Shown in pieces: positions 30,402-31,439 of a stretch of DNA of 31,439 nt. The translations under genes and the position numbers were made by a program. How positions within the stretch are numbered: the first letter of the stretch is position 1; each line of letters opens with the position of its first letter. The notes below the pieces were generated by a model that saw only the letters and a list, made by a program, of their open reading frames with translations, was not told the origin of the DNA and did not search any database. Location of the stretch: the IMG/VR virus record IMGVR_UViG_3300043447_000134, positions 1-31,439 of that record; one strand, written 5' to 3'. Source of the DNA: a virus. Its lineage: Duplodnaviria; Caudoviricetes.

Positions 30402-31439
30402 TTACTACATCCTCCAATATAACGGTTCCATCTTTAGTTTTACCCAAAGAAACTTTATAGACATTTCCTTCTTCAATAGTCATGTACGCCTTAGAAAATG
30501 CTGTAGGAAATACAAGAACTGAATGAAGTTCTCTTCCAGCATCTGCAACAACAAGGTTAGCCATCTTTTTTCCAGCCTTAGTCATTCTTGGCTTAAAGGA
30601 AACAACAAACTGCTCACCTTCTTTGTACGGCAACATCTTATAGTTCAAAAACTTAACCAAAGGATCTTTTGATTCTTTAATTTGATCTGCAGGAATTGCA
30701 TTAACAATTCTATTATCGCTAACCAAAATTAGATAAGTTCTTCCTGTTTCAATAGCTGTATTCTCATCATCAAAGATTCCAACGCTTCCAGTCTTATCAA
30801 GAAATTCTACTCTTGACCAACCTTTGCCACGCTTAACAGACTTAATCATTCCAAGCATAACAAAAGATCCAGTCTCTTCATAATCTTCTGACTCTTGTAT
30901 GTATGCGTAATAGTGTTGTGGCACAGGCATATTAAACTCAGGTAGGTTTAGATACTCGTAGAGGTTTTCTTTAATCTCTTGGTCATTTCGTGGGCTGTCT
31001 TCAAATGTTGCTGCACCGATAATTCGTAGTGCTTGAAGAGCACGGCTGTTAACTCCGTTTCCTTTAGTAAAAGTAAACTGCTCAAGTTCAGCGTATGACT
31101 TAAAAGGTCTAGCTGCCATGTATCTTTCAGCAATTTTATCTGAGATAAACTTAATACCTGACAAACCAAATCGTATACCCTTACCCTCAATCTTAAAGTC
31201 AATATCTGACTCATTAACATGAGGTAACTTAATGCTAATGCCCATTCTCTTTGCTTCAATAAGGTACTCAGTACGTGCATCTTTATCCTTTTCATTCTTT
31301 AATAGTGAATACATAAACTCTAGTGGATAGTGGTACTTCAACCATGCTGTCCAGTATGAGAGTGTTGAGTATGCTACTGCGTGTGACTTGTTAAATGAGT
31401 ACCCTGCGTGAGCCTCAAAGTCTTGCCAAAGTTCTAAAG
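30394..31439 (-). CDS. dnaE: DNA polymerase III alpha subunit, 3' portion (runs off window)
   Basis: Frame open to the edge: AGYSFNKSHAVAY, LPHVNES, IRFGLSGIK, RPFKS, C-terminal OB-fold-like regions. Confidence 0.93.
   Translation of the reverse strand, partial: LELWQDFEAHAGYSFNKSHAVAYSTLSYWTAWLKYHYPLEFMYSLLKNEKDKDARTEYLIEAKRMGISIKLPHVNESDIDFKIEGKGIRFGLSGIKFISDKIAERYMAARPFKSYAELEQFTFTKGNGVNSRALQALRIIGAATFEDSPRNDQEIKENLYEYLNLPEFNMPVPQHYYAYIQESEDYEETGSFVMLGMIKSVKRGKGWSRVEFLDKTGSVGIFDDENTAIETGRTYLILVSDNRIVNAIPADQIKESKDPLVKFLNYKMLPYKEGEQFVVSFKPRMTKAGKKMANLVVADAGRELHSVLVFPTAFSKAYMTIEEGNVYKVSLGKTKDGTVILEDVVNV

Noticed and set aside
31339-31341. TTG start for a 315-aa protein or split dnaE
   Set aside because: Frame stays open to the window edge and includes the FNKSH motif
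23617-31439. Inteins or introns in terL, recA or dnaE
   Set aside because: terL and recA lengths are normal, and no splice-junction motifs or frame breaks were seen in them or in the visible part of dnaE

Overview
AT-rich segment of a large tailed dsDNA phage genome. The host is most likely a (freshwater) actinobacterium: the window has a WhiB regulator, an actinobacterial-type CxxC...FCAHH small protein, an FmdB zinc ribbon, short-variable-arm tRNA-Leu genes and SigA-type leaderless promoters. Plus strand 1-8247: a run of tiny coupled hypothetical genes, thyX, groES, four tRNAs, dps, a HAD phosphatase, a methyltransferase and a double GT25 glycosyltransferase. Minus strand 31439-8244: dnaE (3' part), MazG-like, recA, two resolvase-like nucleases, a Cas4-like exonuclease, terminase small and large subunits, and a block of secreted/membrane proteins (S-layer-like protein, PA14-tipped stalk protein, subtilisin-like and HslV-like peptidases). 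It continues with a seven-tRNA array, hsp20, HNH, endolysin, thermonuclease, thioredoxin, a mosaic head-associated protein, whiB, a holin-like gene and two glycosyltransferases. The most striking unexplained signal is non-coding. The three long spacers in the minus-strand tRNA array each fold by eye into a structured RNA closed by a long-range loop pairing (two pseudoknots, one kissing loop). A fourth stand-alone ~90-nt RNA follows hsp20, and hsp20 itself has a ROSE-like thermometer leader. All calls come from motif recognition and manual base-pairing; no database searches were run.
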